DNA from: the human T2T-CHM13v2.0 reference genome, Homo sapiens | Reading direction: 5' to 3' (one strand) | DNA length: 64,000 bases | NCBI RefSeq assembly: GCF_009914755.1 | Contig: NC_060936.1 | Shown here: one piece after another, positions 48,400 through 63,874 of the stretch | How positions within the stretch are numbered: position 1 is the first letter of the stretch | Layout: each line of letters begins with the position of its first letter | Program-made: the position numbers and the translations under genes | The notes under the pieces: model-generated | What the model was told of the DNA's origin: nothing | Seen by the model: the letters and a program-made list of their open reading frames with translations, nothing else | Database searches by the model: none

Positions 48400-48920
48400 A
48401 ATAATAAAATGCCAGACTTATTCAGTGCTTACTATTTGTATTCTTCTGAGTCTGTACATGTATAAACTCACTTAATTCTATAACAGCTTTATTAGGTAAT
48501 ATTTAGAAAAGGAAACCGAGGTATAAGGAGGTTAAGAAACTTGCCCAGGGTCACACAGCTAGTTAGTAGTAGAATCAGAACTTGATCCCTGGCAGTCCTC
48601 AGAACTTAGGCTCCAAAAATTTAATAGTATTTTTATAGAGAGAATATTTATTATGGAGTATATTGGAAGTTTAAGCACTAATGATCTAGCTTTTTAGTTG
48701 CTTCTTCAAGAAATAGTAAAAATGATAGTGAACACTTAGTGAGAGCTTACTATGTACCTGACAAGCACTTTCCATTTCTTAACTTATTTAATACTCTAAA
48801 ATAACCCTAGGAGGAAGATACTATGATTAGCACCATTTTGTAGGTAAAAGCTCTAGAAAGATTTGATAACTTGCCCAAAATTACCCAGTAGAGCCTGCAT
48901 TTTAAACCCAAAATCTGTCC
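48400..48920 (-). mobile_element. Two MIR fragments
   Basis: Cores GGTTAAGAAACTTGCCCAGGGTCACACAGCTAG and TAACTTGCCCAAAATTAC. Confidence 0.75.
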
Positions 48921-49734
48921 ACTTAACTAATAAGTTGTAAAAAGCCTGATAGTCTGTCTCCTAACCAGTATGCTCAACTGACTTTATAAAAGTAGTAATT
49001 CTTTGGATTTGTTTTCTCGAAATTGAGCTTCATTGGGAAATTAAAAACAGAAACTTTTCTTTTTTTGTATAAGCATTTAACACATAGGAAGCAGAACACT
49101 GGAACAAGCTAAAAGAAGTTTTAAAATGTTTTCCCCCAGGATCTCATTGCTAATTAACTCATGTCTTCTTCCAAACATCTAGTGCCCTTCGCAGTCTTAC
49201 AAGTTGTCAAAAATAAAAGTATCATGAATCAAACAACAAATCTATGTTATATCTACAGTGAATGCTGTCCTTCTGACAATTGAGTTAATCAGGTCTCCCT
49301 GGCTAGTTTTAAAACTACCGCTTACAGCTATACAGGACTCCTTGTCTTTATGCTGCTTCCTGGGCCTGTATGCCCACTTCATTTACCTAACTCCTTTCTC
49401 ATTGTTTAAAATTCAGTTTAGATGTTACTACTACCAAGAAGCCCTCCTTCATAAAACTCACCCTTTCTACTTGATTTGAATCCAGTCTACTCTTGTCGTT
49501 CCCTATGATTACCTCATAACATTAGTGCATTTTTTTCTTACCTGTTTCCTGCCTCTGTACCCCAGCATCTAACAAAGCGCATATCATTCAGTGTGTTTTT
49601 TAAATTGATGTGGGGAGAGAGGGTATAGGGGAATACAAATTTCTGCATAGTAAAAAGCACTGGGAACAAAGTCTAAAGACTGACAGGCCATAGAAAAATG
49701 TACTCATGTCACAAATGACTAGTTTCTTAACATA

Positions 49735-50079
49735 CAGTAGTCCCCCTTTATCTGGAGAGGACACATTCCAAGAACCCCAGTGGATGCCTAAAACTACAGA
49801 TAGTACCAAGCCCTATATACTGTTTTTTCCTATACATATATACCTATGATAAAGTTTAATTTATAAATTAGGCACAATAAAAGATTAACAACACTAATTA
49901 ATAAAATAGAACATTATAACAATGAACTCTAATAAAAGTTATGTAAATGTGTGCTCTTTCCCCACCCCACCCCCCAAAAAAATCTTATTCTACTTTTTAC
50001 TCACCTATTTTCAGACCGCTATTGACAGTGGCTAACTGTAAGCATGGAAAATGAAACCATGGATGAGGGGGGACTACTG
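49735..50079. mobile_element. MER44A-like (Tigger7) non-autonomous DNA transposon
   Basis: TIRs CAGTAGTCCCCC / GGGGGGACTACTG, TA on both sides, 345 bp. Confidence 0.9.
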
Positions 50080-51006
50080 TATAAAGCTGTATGTAGCTCT
50101 TACAAATCAATAAGAAAGGCCAATAACCCAATAGGAAAATGAGCAAAAGGAAAACAGATCATTTGTAGAAAGGGAGAAATGTCTCAAACATTATAAAAAA
50201 GATGAGTCAGCCCCAATAGTAATAAGATGAATGCGAATTACAGAAATACTGTTTTTAACCTTTCAGGTTAGGTAAGACCAAAAAGTTGATGCAGTAGGGA
50301 AACAGACACAATGCTAATGGGATTATAAATTGGTAGATCCTTTTGAGTTGCTTGATGTTCTTCCAGAATTACAAGTACATATATATTCTGTAACAGTTCC
50401 ATTTCCAGGAATTTATCCTACAAATATACTAAAATGATTATTTACAGCATACACATTATTGCATTGTTTGTAAAAGAAAAAAATGGAGATACTCTGAGTG
50501 TACATCAATAGGGGGCAGACTAAATGAATTTTATTTATCCATTCAATTAGGTCCTCTGTAGTCATTAAAAAGAATGAGACAGCTCTGTGTTATAGGGTGA
50601 GCTTCCAGATATAATGTTAAGTGAAACAGCAAGGTGCAAAACAATGTGTATAGAATGATACCACTTGTGTTGGGAAGAAGAAGAAACTGCACTTGGGTAT
50701 ATGCTTTGTATATGAGCAGACTATTTCTGGGAAGATATCAGAGAACACAACAGTGATTATCTCTGGGAAGAAGCACTGATTGGTCATGGCAGGCTGGGGA
50801 ACAAGTGTAGTAGAAGGGCATATTTTTTCACTGTCTACTCTTTAATCTTTTAATTTGTAATCTTGTGTGTACTACCTATGTATAAAAATAATTTGTAAAA
50901 GAATGAAAAGAATTACAAAGTAAAATATGAATTGTTTTGACAATCACAAAAAGCAAGTCACCAGCAATGAGCAAAATAAGGAAAGAACTCATTAATATTC
51001 ATTGAA

Positions 51007-51235
51007 TTTTTTTATTTTTTTATTTTTTTATTTTTATTTTTTTTTTTGAGGCAGAGTCTCGCGCTGTCGCCCAGGCTGGATGGAGTGCAGGGCGCGATCT
51101 CGGCTCACTGCAAGCTCCGCCTCCTGCGTTCACGCCATTCTCCCGCCTCAGCCTCACGCGTAGCTGGGACTACAAGTGCTCGCCACCATGCCCAGCTAAT
51201 TTTTTGTATTTTTAGTAGAGACAGGGTTTTACCGT
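51007..51235 (-). mobile_element. 5'-truncated AluY with TGGA duplication
   Basis: CTGGATGGAGTGCAG; Y-type GCAAGCTCC. Confidence 0.88.
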
Positions 51236-51773
51236 CTATTGCATGTTTTTTATGTGCTAGATGCTTTACATATAATTACTTCATGTAATCTTCGTAAATC
51301 CTCTGAGAAATACCTAGTTTTAGCTGTATCGTACAAAGAGATTGATGGAGCCTTAGAAATGTTAGCATTCGGCTAATAAGGAAGCAAGGGTTTATTTGAA
51401 ATCAGATCTTTTCTGTTTCCATAGTTGGGTTTTTTTCCCACCAAACCATCTGGCTTCCAATTAGTGACCATCTTTTATTAGTGAAAGTAAGTATAAGTGT
51501 ACTTTAATAGTGAGCAGCAGTTACCAAAAATGTCCACAAGATGGAAATGTTAGACACAAGCAGATATTTTTCTTTGTAAAACATCATGCTACATATCCAA
51601 GTGGCATATTTAAATAGATGTGTCCTGTTTTGCAGTAACATTTCTTTAGTACTTTGTTATAGATAGATAGTTTCAGATATCACTTAATGTTTCTCTTTTC
51701 TCATAACAATAGTTGATAGGGCTTTTTCTGTACCAGGCAGTATTCTGGGTACTTTACATAAATTAATTCATTA

Positions 51774-51956
<183 letters not shown>

Positions 51957-52139
51957 TTATGAAGTATTTGCCATTATCATTTCTGTTTCATAAGTGAGGA
52001 ACATAGGTGAAATAGCTTACAGTGTCACAGCTAGTAAGTGGCAGAGCTAGGATTCAAATTTTAGCAGTTATTGCCACCTATTTGAAAAAAAGATATTGGC
52101 TTGTATTGATAGTGTGATTTTGTTTATAAGTTTCACCTG

Positions 52140-52457
<318 letters not shown>

Positions 52458-52473
52458 TTAAGAATACTTGTAG

Positions 52474-52796
<323 letters not shown>

Positions 52797-53117
52797 TGAT
52801 GTATCTTGGGTTTGTGTGCCCCCTTATTTCAATCTTAATATGTGTATGGAAAAAAGGACATTATGTCTTAAAATTTTAACTGTGAGTTGGTGACCAGAAT
52901 TTTATTTTTAGTTGTAGGAAACATCTTAGATCCTCTCTTGGGAATTCAGACATTCTTCCCCTCCCCCAACCTGCACCCATGTTTAATGTTGTAATTCTTA
53001 AGTTATCCACATTTCATCATGGAAACATTGTCGTCAGGAAATGCCATATTTATTACCCTGTCATATATCTTAAACATGTGAGAAAAATACTTTAGTAAAA
53101 GTATTTGTTTTCTTTAG

Positions 53118-53287
53118 TTGCAGAGCTTGAAGTGAAAACCAGAGAAAAATTAGAAGCTGCTAAGAAAAAAACAAGCTTTGAGATTGCAGAGCTTAAGGAG
53201 AGATTAAAAGCAAGTCGTGAAACTATAAATTGTTTAAAAAATGAAATCAGAAAACTTGAAGAAGATGACCAAGCAAAAGACATATAA
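53118..53287 (+). CDS. YEATS4: YEATS4 exon 7 coding part (C-terminal coiled coil)
   Basis: (F)AELEVKTREKLEAAKKKTSFEIAELKERLKASRETINCLKNEIRKLEEDDQAKDI-TAA; seven exons total 684 nt. Confidence 0.98.
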
Positions 53288-53743
53288 ACAGTTCTCATGA
53301 GAACTTGGTAGTAAGCTAAACTGAAAATAAGGTGGGCTTCACTGGAGAAATGGACTTACTGCAAATGCTGTGATGTTTCTTAGAGGAACTTCATATACAG
53401 CTGTTGACCATGAATTTCTTAGCAATAGGAATTTGTACTATTTAAGCAATCTTTAGTGGAAAATATGTGTGTAAGAATGGATGCTATATAGGTATTTTAC
53501 CAACCCATTTTAAGAAAATTCTATGATATTAAGCACAGTTTTTAAAAATGTTTATTGTAGTATATGTATAGCTTATTACCCTTTTGACAGGCATCAAAAT
53601 TTCATTATAAAGTATTACTTGTACAAATTTTGTACTTCTTTAGTGGCTAGAATTAGTGAAGAAACTTAATGTGTATATTTAATTTCTTCAAGTTCTTACC
53701 TGCCCCCATCCTTTTTTGTATATGATGTGTCCAGTAAGTATTC

Positions 53744-53749
53744 AATAAA
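53744..53749 (+). terminator. YEATS4: YEATS4 poly(A) signal AATAAA
   Basis: Canonical hexamer about 460 nt after the stop, with upstream TGTA and downstream TGTGTTTCTT. Confidence 0.75.
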
Positions 53750-53951
53750 TGTAGTTTACAGATCCTATTTCTCCCTCCTGATGTGTTTCTTCCTCTTTGA
53801 AGACTTTCTGGAACTCCCTCAATACAGTTAAAGTATCTTTATAGTATTGTGACATCACATCTCTTATTGGCACTCATTGTCGCATATAGAAGCTCTTTGA
53901 TGGTAAAGATTATATCTTAAGTTTTGTTCTGCCTATATCATAGTGTCATTA

Positions 53952-54372
<421 letters not shown>

Positions 54373-55024
54373 TCAAATCCACACAGCAAGTCCTCTACTT
54401 TTAGACTCATCTACTTTTAACATTCATTAATACCTAATCTTTAAAGGTATGTTGGCTGAACCATCTTGGCAACCTAGGAACAAAAATACTTTTTTATCTG
54501 TCTGCCCTGATGGATTGGTTACTTTTTACTTTGTGGCTTTATTTTTTAAAGTTGTGACTTTTGCAATTATTATGGAGGATGTACAAAGGCCTCTGTGGTC
54601 TGAAATTTCGGCCAGAGCCCTCTGGGGCTTGATGGTGGTACTTTCAATTGTGCCAGGCATCATTCATTTTCTCTGCACCTTTTATCCCCATGCCTACCTG
54701 CCAGGCTTATCATGATAAGATTTCCCAAGTATCGCATAGGGCCTGGGGATAGATCAGGAAAATAACATGAGGGAAAAGCCCCATTCTACTTGAGGAGTTG
54801 GCACAGGCAATCATTATTCTAGTCAGCTGCCCACGAATGTATTGGTTCAAATGTATTGGTTCATAAAACTAAAGTCCATGTAGGTAGGTCTGACTTCATG
54901 CAGGCATACAAGGGTTCAAAATATGTGGTCATGGCTCAGTCTTACTCTCTATTGGCTCTTATTTCTTTGTTGGCTTTAATCTTGGTAGGATTTCACTGTG
55001 ACATTGCAAAGAACTCCTGTAACT

Positions 55025-55500
55025 CAATAAAAATTTTTTTAATGGGCAAAGGATTTGAACAGAGATTTCTCCAAGGAAGGTATCAAAATGGTCAATAAGC
55101 ATATGAGGAGATGCTCAGCATCATTCATCATTAGGAAAATGTGAAGTGTATCGCATTTCACTTCACATCCACCATTGTGGCTATAATTTTAAACAAAATA
55201 CCCAAAAAAGTTGATGAGGCTATAGAAAAATTGGAACCCTCATATATTGCTGGTAGGAATGTAAAATGGTTCAGCCACTTTGGAAAACAGCTTGGCAATT
55301 CTTCAAAAAGTTAAGCATAATTATCCAATGACACAACAATTCCACTCCTAGATATATACCCAAGAGAAATGAAAACATGTTCACACAAAAACTTGTACAT
55401 CAATGTTCATAGCATCATGCATGACTGCCAAAAAGGAAACAATTCAAAATGTCCATCAACTAATGAATGCATTTTTTAAATGTGGTATCTCCATATGATA
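55025..55500 (+). mobile_element. L1M ORF2 3' fragment
   Basis: GGCAAAGGATTTGAACAGA, CCACTTTGGAAAACAG, CAATTCCACTCCTAG. Confidence 0.82.
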
Positions 55501-56136
55501 GATTTTCCCATTCTTTTATAAGTGGAAAGAGAATATTTCCCAAGGGATAATTTCTTCATCTAGACAATAAGAAGAATTAAAGAAACTCAGCTAATTAGGC
55601 AGCTCACTTCTTGAAAGAAGATCAAAGTATTAGTTTCATTTTTTCTAACCAATGTAGGTGTTTGGTGCTGTTATTCATATTTTACAGATAGGAGATTAAG
55701 GAACTATAGCTTGGTGTTGAGTCAACCAGCAGTGACTCAGATGAGTAATCTGCTATGGGCTTTTCTGTCTCATTAATACTTAATTCTCATGTTCAAAGTG
55801 TTAGCATTTTTAATTGTCTGTTGCTCATGCCTAAATACTTCTCAAACCTCCTTCCTTTAACTAATTGTAGTAACTTAATACTATATCAAATATGAACATC
55901 AGGTAGCATAAATGCAAAACACTGTAGATAAAAATCTTGCTAGCCATTAATAACATGTAAGAAAATTCTAGTATTAATTTTGTTGGATGGAATACTAAAG
56001 CATAGATATTTGAAATCTCTAGAAAACATTTCAGGTACCTGTTCCTTAGCATTACCCCTAATGTCTTCAGTTTTGTTTTGTTTTGTTTTTTAATAATAAT
56101 AGATTTCAAACTCTTGAGATCAAAACCAAAGAAAAT

Positions 56137-56456
56137 GACTGGGCATGGTGGCTCACGCCTGTAGTCCCAACACTTTGTGGGGCTGAGGATCTCTTGAGGG
56201 CAGGAGTTTGAAACTAGCCTAGGTCACATAGTGAGACCTGGTCTCTACAAAAAAAACCAAACAAACAAAAGACACAAACAACAGAAAAATTGGCCAGGTG
56301 TGGTGGCATCCACCTGTAGTCCTAGCTGCTCAGGAGGCTGAGGCAGGAGGATTGCTTGAGCCCAAGAGTTTGAGACTACAGTGAGCTATGTGTGGGCCAC
56401 TGCATTGCAGCCTGGTGACAGAGCAAGACCTTGTCTCTTTTAAAAAAAGAAAGAAA
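56137..56456 (+). mobile_element. AluJ-type
   Basis: Dimer with expanded A-rich linker. Confidence 0.88.
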
Positions 56457-57584
56457 ATGAGATCATACAAGTACCAGCTAGGAAAAAAAAAAAGAGTAAA
56501 TTGCTTCCCCTCAACCCAGCCCCTGCCAACAATTGATAAAGAAAAGAAAAAAAAAAAGGTAAATATTATTTTCTTGGAGTTGGAAAGTACAATGCAAAAC
56601 CCAGAAATCATAAAGTTTTGGATCTCAAATTTGAATGAGTTTAGGAATCTCTTGAGAGTTGCTAAATCTGGGGAAAGGGGATGGTAGGGGGAGTAGAAAT
56701 ACAGATGAAACAAGATTGGCTGTTGCTAATTATTAAAGCTTGATAATAGGTACATGGGAATTTATTGTTTTCTGAACTCTCGTGTGTGCTTGAGATTTTT
56801 CATAAAAAGGTTTTTAATAATGTCAGAGAAAATCATTTTTTCTCCCTGAAGTCAACTGATGAAGAATAAGTCAATCTTATCTTGATCTTACTGGATCAGC
56901 ACACTGTCTCACAAGATGACAGTAGCTTCCAATTGCATGGTTAGCATGTTTACTTGTATGTTTTATTTTAATAATTCTAGCAAATTCTTCAGTACTGATC
57001 ATTGAATGTAATAGAAGTTTGGAAGAATGGATGGGAGGGAGGAAAAAACAAAGGGGGCAGTTAGGAAAGGAGAAAGAAAACCCCTTAGGGAGCTTCTTAA
57101 TAGTTCAGAGTACAATAGTAAAGACATTTGATTAGGTCTAGAATGGAGCCCAGGAATTTGCATTTGCACAAGGCATCCAGGTGATTTGAGAAATGGCATA
57201 ATGGCACAACTGCACAAATTGTATTACATAAAATGCAACCCTTCTAAATGGAGACAAAAAATAAAAATAGCCTAAAGGAAAAGTGGGACATATATGTGTC
57301 TAAAGCTTTAAGATTAAAAGAATTATTATGAATCATTAAGGAAAACAAATGAACCACTGGCAAAAGGAGCAAAAGACTTGAATAGGCAGTTCACTGAAGA
57401 GGACATAAAAATAACCAATTTTATGCTTCGTCTCACTAAATCTTAAGAATATGCATATTTAAATAGCAAATATTTCTCATCCATGTAGGATGAGATAAAT
57501 GGTACAGATAAACTGATAACAGAGAAGACATCACTGATGATACCAACAGAGAGACCAGAAACAGGCCATCTGGAAGATGGAGAT

Positions 57585-57851
57585 AGTGTGTTTGTTTGTT
57601 TGTTTGTTTGTTTGTTTGTGGTAGAGTCTCACTCTGTTGCCCAAGCTGGAACACTGCAGCCTTGACCTTTCTGGCTCAGGTGATCCTCCCAACTCAAGCT
57701 CCTCAAACTATAGGCCTTCACCACCATGCCCAGCTAATTTTTGTATATTTTGTAGAATTTCGCCATAGTCTTGAACTCCTGGGCTCAAGCAATCGGCCCA
57801 CCTTGGCCTCCCAAAATGCTGCGATTACAGGCATGAGCCACCATGCCTAGC
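57585..57851 (-). mobile_element. AluJ-type with (TTTG)n tail
   Basis: Degenerate dimer. Confidence 0.85.
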
Positions 57852-59525
57852 TTGAGATAGAGTATCATTTTTTATCTGAAATTCAAATTTAACTAAACAT
57901 ACTATACTTTTATTTGCTAACTCTACTTTTTAAATTTTAGATTTAAAAAAAGCAAAGCAAAACAAAAAAAGACAGTGATAGCAAGTGAGGAAACAGCTAC
58001 CCTCATACAATGATGGGATTATAAATTAGTTCAATGTTTTCAGAGGATAATTTAGGAATATCTGCTAAAAGACTGACTCAACAGTTTCACTTTTAAAATT
58101 CACACTTGTTTACTTTTTTATTGAAAGCAAGTAGAGTTTTAGGAATATATTATTTATTTTCACAGAAGGAAGAAGGGAAAAGGAAAAAAATAAGAAAAAA
58201 TGTATTACTTACAAACCATTTATCCAAATATGCAAGATATGTACAAGAATTTTCATTACAGCATTATTTACAATAAAAAATAGAAAAAAAAATGGAAGCA
58301 AGGCAAATGTCTATCAATAGAAGCTGTATAAATATGATATATCATGATACAATGGAATCCTCTGTGGTTGTCAAAATGAATAAAGCAGATCTATGCTGGT
58401 TTGTTGGTGGGGGAGGGAAAGCAGTTTGAAAAACAGTGTTTATGATTTAATTTTTATAAGTAATATGTTAGTAAGCAAAGAAAAGTAACTTGGAGGAATG
58501 AATCATCACCAAACTTAACAGGAAGAATTTTAGGGACTGTAACTATCTTCATTATGTATCTAAATATTTAGCTTTTTAAAAAATAAGAATGTATTTCATT
58601 TGAGTGAAAGAGAATAAAAATAGTTTAAAAATTAAATGAAAAGGAAAAACAGATGTCTTGATTAACAGAACATTGCCTCCTATGATGAAGTATCATGTGA
58701 CAGTTCAAAGAAATTAAACATGACCTGTAAATGATGTAAGGGACCAGGGCCAGGACTCCTTCAGGAACTTTACTGAAGGGACTTACGGGTAAGGTCCTTG
58801 CTCTTCAGTGCATTGTCCGGTGAACTCGGATAAATAACATTATGGTCCTAATGTAAAAATAGGCAGTTAAAGGTATGAGTTTCATCTATCTCCTGCCCCA
58901 GCCTGGACTCTCTGATCTGGCTTTTAAATTATTTTTAGTTATTTTTACTTAAGATAAATTTTAACCAATTGACCACCTAGATTTCAGTAACCTTATGTAA
59001 TACGCCTCATGTCAATCCCCAACTCTAGGTAGCCCTCCTGGATCTCCACCCTAATCTGTTTACTCTTTCTCACTTTCACTGGCTATCCTGAGTTAACTGT
59101 TCTCTACCCTCAACACGGCTTCATTGCTCTTTAGTAATTCCTTAGTCTACCCTTAGTAAATTCTTTATTGTTGCTGTCTGAAAATTTCCAGTCTACTGAA
59201 TCACCAGTCTGCTTATTCACTAAATGAATAGAGTCATAAAGCTGGGAGCTAATCATCTAACTTAATTCCCTCATTTGATAAGGGAGTAGAGCCATGAAGA
59301 AATTAAATGACTTTCAGAGTCACACAATCTGTTGGGACAGAGATTCAATTTTAATTCAGCATTTCCTGACTGAACAGTCATGGTACAGCTCCCCCAAAGC
59401 TTAGAGGAGAGTGTGCAAACTGGAAATCAACTGGGAAACAAACTTTCCAAGAAAGAAGAAATCTGTAAGCTGAGGTTTACTGTTACTGTTATAGTCCAAT
59501 CCCTATTATTAAAATTTTGGCTCAT

Positions 59526-59640
59526 TCTGGTTAAATCATGTTCTCATGATTAATGAGTTAAATCTGGTTAACTCATGTTCTCAAAATTAATGAGAACATG
59601 AGTTAATCTGGTTAAGTCATGTTCTCAAAATTAATGAGAA
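59526..59640. repeat. Three-unit imperfect tandem repeat with an internal inverted repeat
   Basis: TCTGGTTAAnTCATGTTCTCA at 59526, 59563 and 59607. Confidence 0.93.
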
Positions 59641-60181
59641 TTGTCACTCCTATTTGGTTTAATTACATTCATGAATTGAAACCATGAACTATTTACTCTT
59701 ATTTTGCACATCAGCAGATGACCTCAGTTCTTACATCATTGAGATCACTGATGCTATTCAAATTGATTCTGTAAACTTCCATCCATACAAAGTTTCTCTT
59801 TGTTCTCACCAAATCCTGCTTTCTTTCATCTCCCTAAATGTTCTCACCATCTGTAATTTTAATTCCAATTTATACTATATACTACTGCGAGTTTATAGTT
59901 AGGGGAAAATAAACTTTCCTGAGCCTCAGTTTGCTGTGGTAAACATACTACCTACCTCATGGAATTCTGTTTAAGGGTAAATGACATAGCACATGTAAAA
60001 GCGTGTTGAATGGTAAGAATAAAGAAGATAATAATGCTGGCCATCTGCTAAAATCCTTGACAAAATACTAGCAAACCAAATCCAGCAACATAAAAAGGAT
60101 AATAAGTCCCATTATCAACTGGGATTTATCTCAGGAATGCAAGGTTGGTTCGGCATATACAAATCCATAAGTGTAATACAC

Positions 60182-60911
60182 TATTATGAGCTGAATTGTG
60201 TCCCTCTTCCAATTCACATATTGAGCCCTAACCCCTAGTACCTCAGACTGTGACTGTTTTTGAAGATAGTGTCAAAGAAGTAATTATAATCATTAGGTTG
60301 GGCCCTAATCTAATATGACTCGTGATATAGTTTGGCTGTGTCCCCACCCAAATCTCATTTTGAATTGTAGCTCCCATAATCCCCACTTGTTATGAGAGGG
60401 ACCCAGTGGAGGTAGTTGAATCATGGGGGCTGGTTTTTCCTGTGCTGTTCTCAAGATAGTGAATAAGTCTCATGAGATCTGATGGTTTTATAAAGGGTAG
60501 TTCCCCTGCACACGCTCTCTTGCCTGCCACCATGTAAGACATGCCTTTGCTCATCTTTCACCTTCCACCATGATGTGAGGCCTCCCCAGCCATGTGGAAC
60601 TGTGAGTCCATTAAACCTCTTTTTATTTATAAATTACCCAATTTTGGTATGTCTTTATTAGCAGCATGAAAATGGACTAATACAACTGGTGTCCTTGTAA
60701 GAGGAGACTAAGACACAGACACTCACAGAAGGAAGACCATATGAAGACACAGGGAGAAGACACCCATCTACAAGCCAAGGAGAGAGGCCTCAGGAGAAAC
60801 TAATCCTGCCCACAACTTGATCTCAGACTTATAACCTCCAGAATTGTGGGAAAATAAATACCAAATACCTGTATGTGGTAGTTTGTTATGGCAGCCTTAA
60901 TAACTAACATA
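60182..60911. mobile_element. MLT1A-type LTR
   Basis: CTGAATTGTGTCCC start, AAGCCAAGGAGAGAGGCCTCAG; flanks TACAC/TAGAC. Confidence 0.85.
60323..60684. mobile_element. THE1 solo LTR
   Basis: TGATATAGTTTGGCTGTGTCCCCACCCAAATCTC...GGACTAATACA; flanks ACTCG/ACTGG. Confidence 0.93.
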
Positions 60912-61522
60912 TAGACTATATTAATAGAACAAAGGACACAAAATACACATGATCATCTCAATAAATGCAGACAAATCATTTGACAGAATCCAATACCCGT
61001 TTATAATTAAAAAAACACTCAACGAATTAGTAATATAAGAGAACTTCCTCAGTGGGAAGCATCATACATAGTGGTAAAAGACTGGATTCTTTCCCCATAA
61101 GATTAGGAAAAAGATAAGGCTGTTCACTCTTTCCACATCTATTCAACACTGTGTGGGAGGTTCTAGCCAGAGCAATTTGGCAAGCAAAAAGAATAAAAGT
61201 CATCCAGATTAGAAAGAAAGAAGTAAAATGATCTCTATTTGGAGATGACATAATCTTGTGTAAAGAAAACCCTAAGGAATACACACACACACAAAAAAAA
61301 ACTATTAGAGGTAATAAATGGATGCAGCAAAATTGCAGGATGAACGATTATATACAAAAATCAATTAGTTCCATACTCCAGCAATGAACAATCTGAAAAT
61401 AAAAATTTAAAAAAAATTTCATTTATAATAACATCTAAAAAAATAAAATACTTGGGAATATAACACCTAAAGTGCACTCAACCAAATAAAAAATAGACAA
61501 ATTGACTGGATGCAGTGGCTCA

Positions 61523-61815
<293 letters not shown>

Positions 61816-62012
61816 TCATCATTAAAAACTTTTGTGCTTTGGCCGGGTGTGGTGGCTCACGCCTGTAATCCCAGCACTTTAAGAGGCTGAGGCAGGTGGA
61901 TCATGAGGTCAGGAGATTGAGACCATCCTGGCTAACATGGTGAAACACTGCTTCTACTAATACAAAAAATTAGCTGGGCATGGTGGCGGGTGCCTGTAGT
62001 CCCAGGTACTCA

Positions 62013-62159
<147 letters not shown>

Positions 62160-63537
62160 TCAAAGGACATTCTAAAAAAAGTCAGAAAAAAAAAACAAAC
62201 CCACGAAATGGGAGAAAATATTTGCAACTCATATATCTGACAAGAGTCGAGTATCCAGAATATATAAAGAACTCTTACAACTCAACAATAAAAAGACAAT
62301 TAAAAATTGGGCAAAAAATTTGAATACACATTTCTCCAAAGAAGATATTCAAATGGCCAATAAGCATATAAAAAGATGCTTAACATCATTTGGAAATACA
62401 AATCAAAATGATGATAACACTTCACATCCACTAGAATGGCTGCAATAAAAGAGACAGACAATAGTAAGTGTTGATGAGGATGTGGAGAAATTGAAACTCT
62501 CATATATTTCTGGTAAAAATGTAAAAAGATGCAACTGCTGTAGAAAAAGTTTCAGAGTTCCTTAAAATGTTAAACATAGAGTTACCATATGACCTCAAAA
62601 TTCTTCTAGATATATACCCAGGAGAATTGAAAACATGTCCACACAAAAACTTGTGCATGAATATTTATAGGAGCATCATTCAGAATAGCTAAAATTGGAA
62701 ACAATCCCCATGTCCATCAACTGATGAATGAATAAATCGAATGTGGTGTATCAATACAATGGATTATTACTCAGCAGTAAAAATGAATGATGTGCTAAAC
62801 ATGCAGAATGAATCTTATAAACATGCCAAATGAAAGATGCCAGACACAAAGGCCACCTACTGTATGACTCCACTTATATGAAACATCCAGAATAGGTAAA
62901 TCCATAGAGACAGAAAGTGATTAGTGGTTGCCAGGAGATGGGTGGGGAAGGGAGGATGGGGAGTGACTGGGTGCAGAATTTTTTTACGTGGCGGTGATGG
63001 AAAAGTTCTTGAATTAAATAGTGGTGATCGTTACACAACCTTGTGAATATACTAAAAACAACTGACTTGTATACTTTATGGTATGTGAATTATATCTCAA
63101 TTAAAAAAAAAAAGCTTAGTGTTACCATTTACTGAATACTTTATGTGCCCCATACTCAAGACAAGCCAGTGAGTACATCTCTTATCCCCACTTAGCAAAA
63201 CAGGTTCAGGGAGATTAAGTGCTTTGCCCAAGGTCACATACTAGGAAGTCATAGAGCTGAGACACACAAAGCCCTAAGATTCACTTAGCCACCAAGCTGT
63301 ATTGATCAAAAGTTTTTAATAGTTTCCATTACATATCTAATAATACTCAATAAAATAGAAATATTTATTGTGTGTATATAAACAATACATTAATATGTAT
63401 GCCATATATATATATATGTATATCTCCTACAAATTGATGAAAAAAATTCAATAGAAAAATGGGCAAAGAATATGATCAAGTAATTCACACATACAAAAAA
63501 TACAAATGGTAATTAATAAATATTTGAAAAGGTATAT

Positions 63538-63683
63538 GGCCAGGCATGGTGGCTTACGCCTGTAATCCCAGCACTTTGGGAGGCTAAGGCATGAGGATCA
63601 CATGAGCCCAGGAGTTTGAGAACAGCCTAGGCAACATAGCAAGACCCCCCCGCCCAATTTAAAAAGTTTAAAAAAAAAAAAAA
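63538..63683 (+). mobile_element. FLAM
   Basis: Left-arm monomer with A tail. Confidence 0.85.
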
Positions 63684-63874
63684 GGATGTATGAATTCACT
63701 AGTAATCAGAGAAATGCAAATTAACACAAGACAATTGTTGGTTCATTATAAAGACAAAATTTAAAGATGTCTAATATTCAGCCACAGAGAGTGAAAGGAA
63801 CTTGGTACTCATACATTGTTGGTGTGCATTAAGAGTAATAGCCACTTAATATTACCTATCAGAATTTAAAATTT

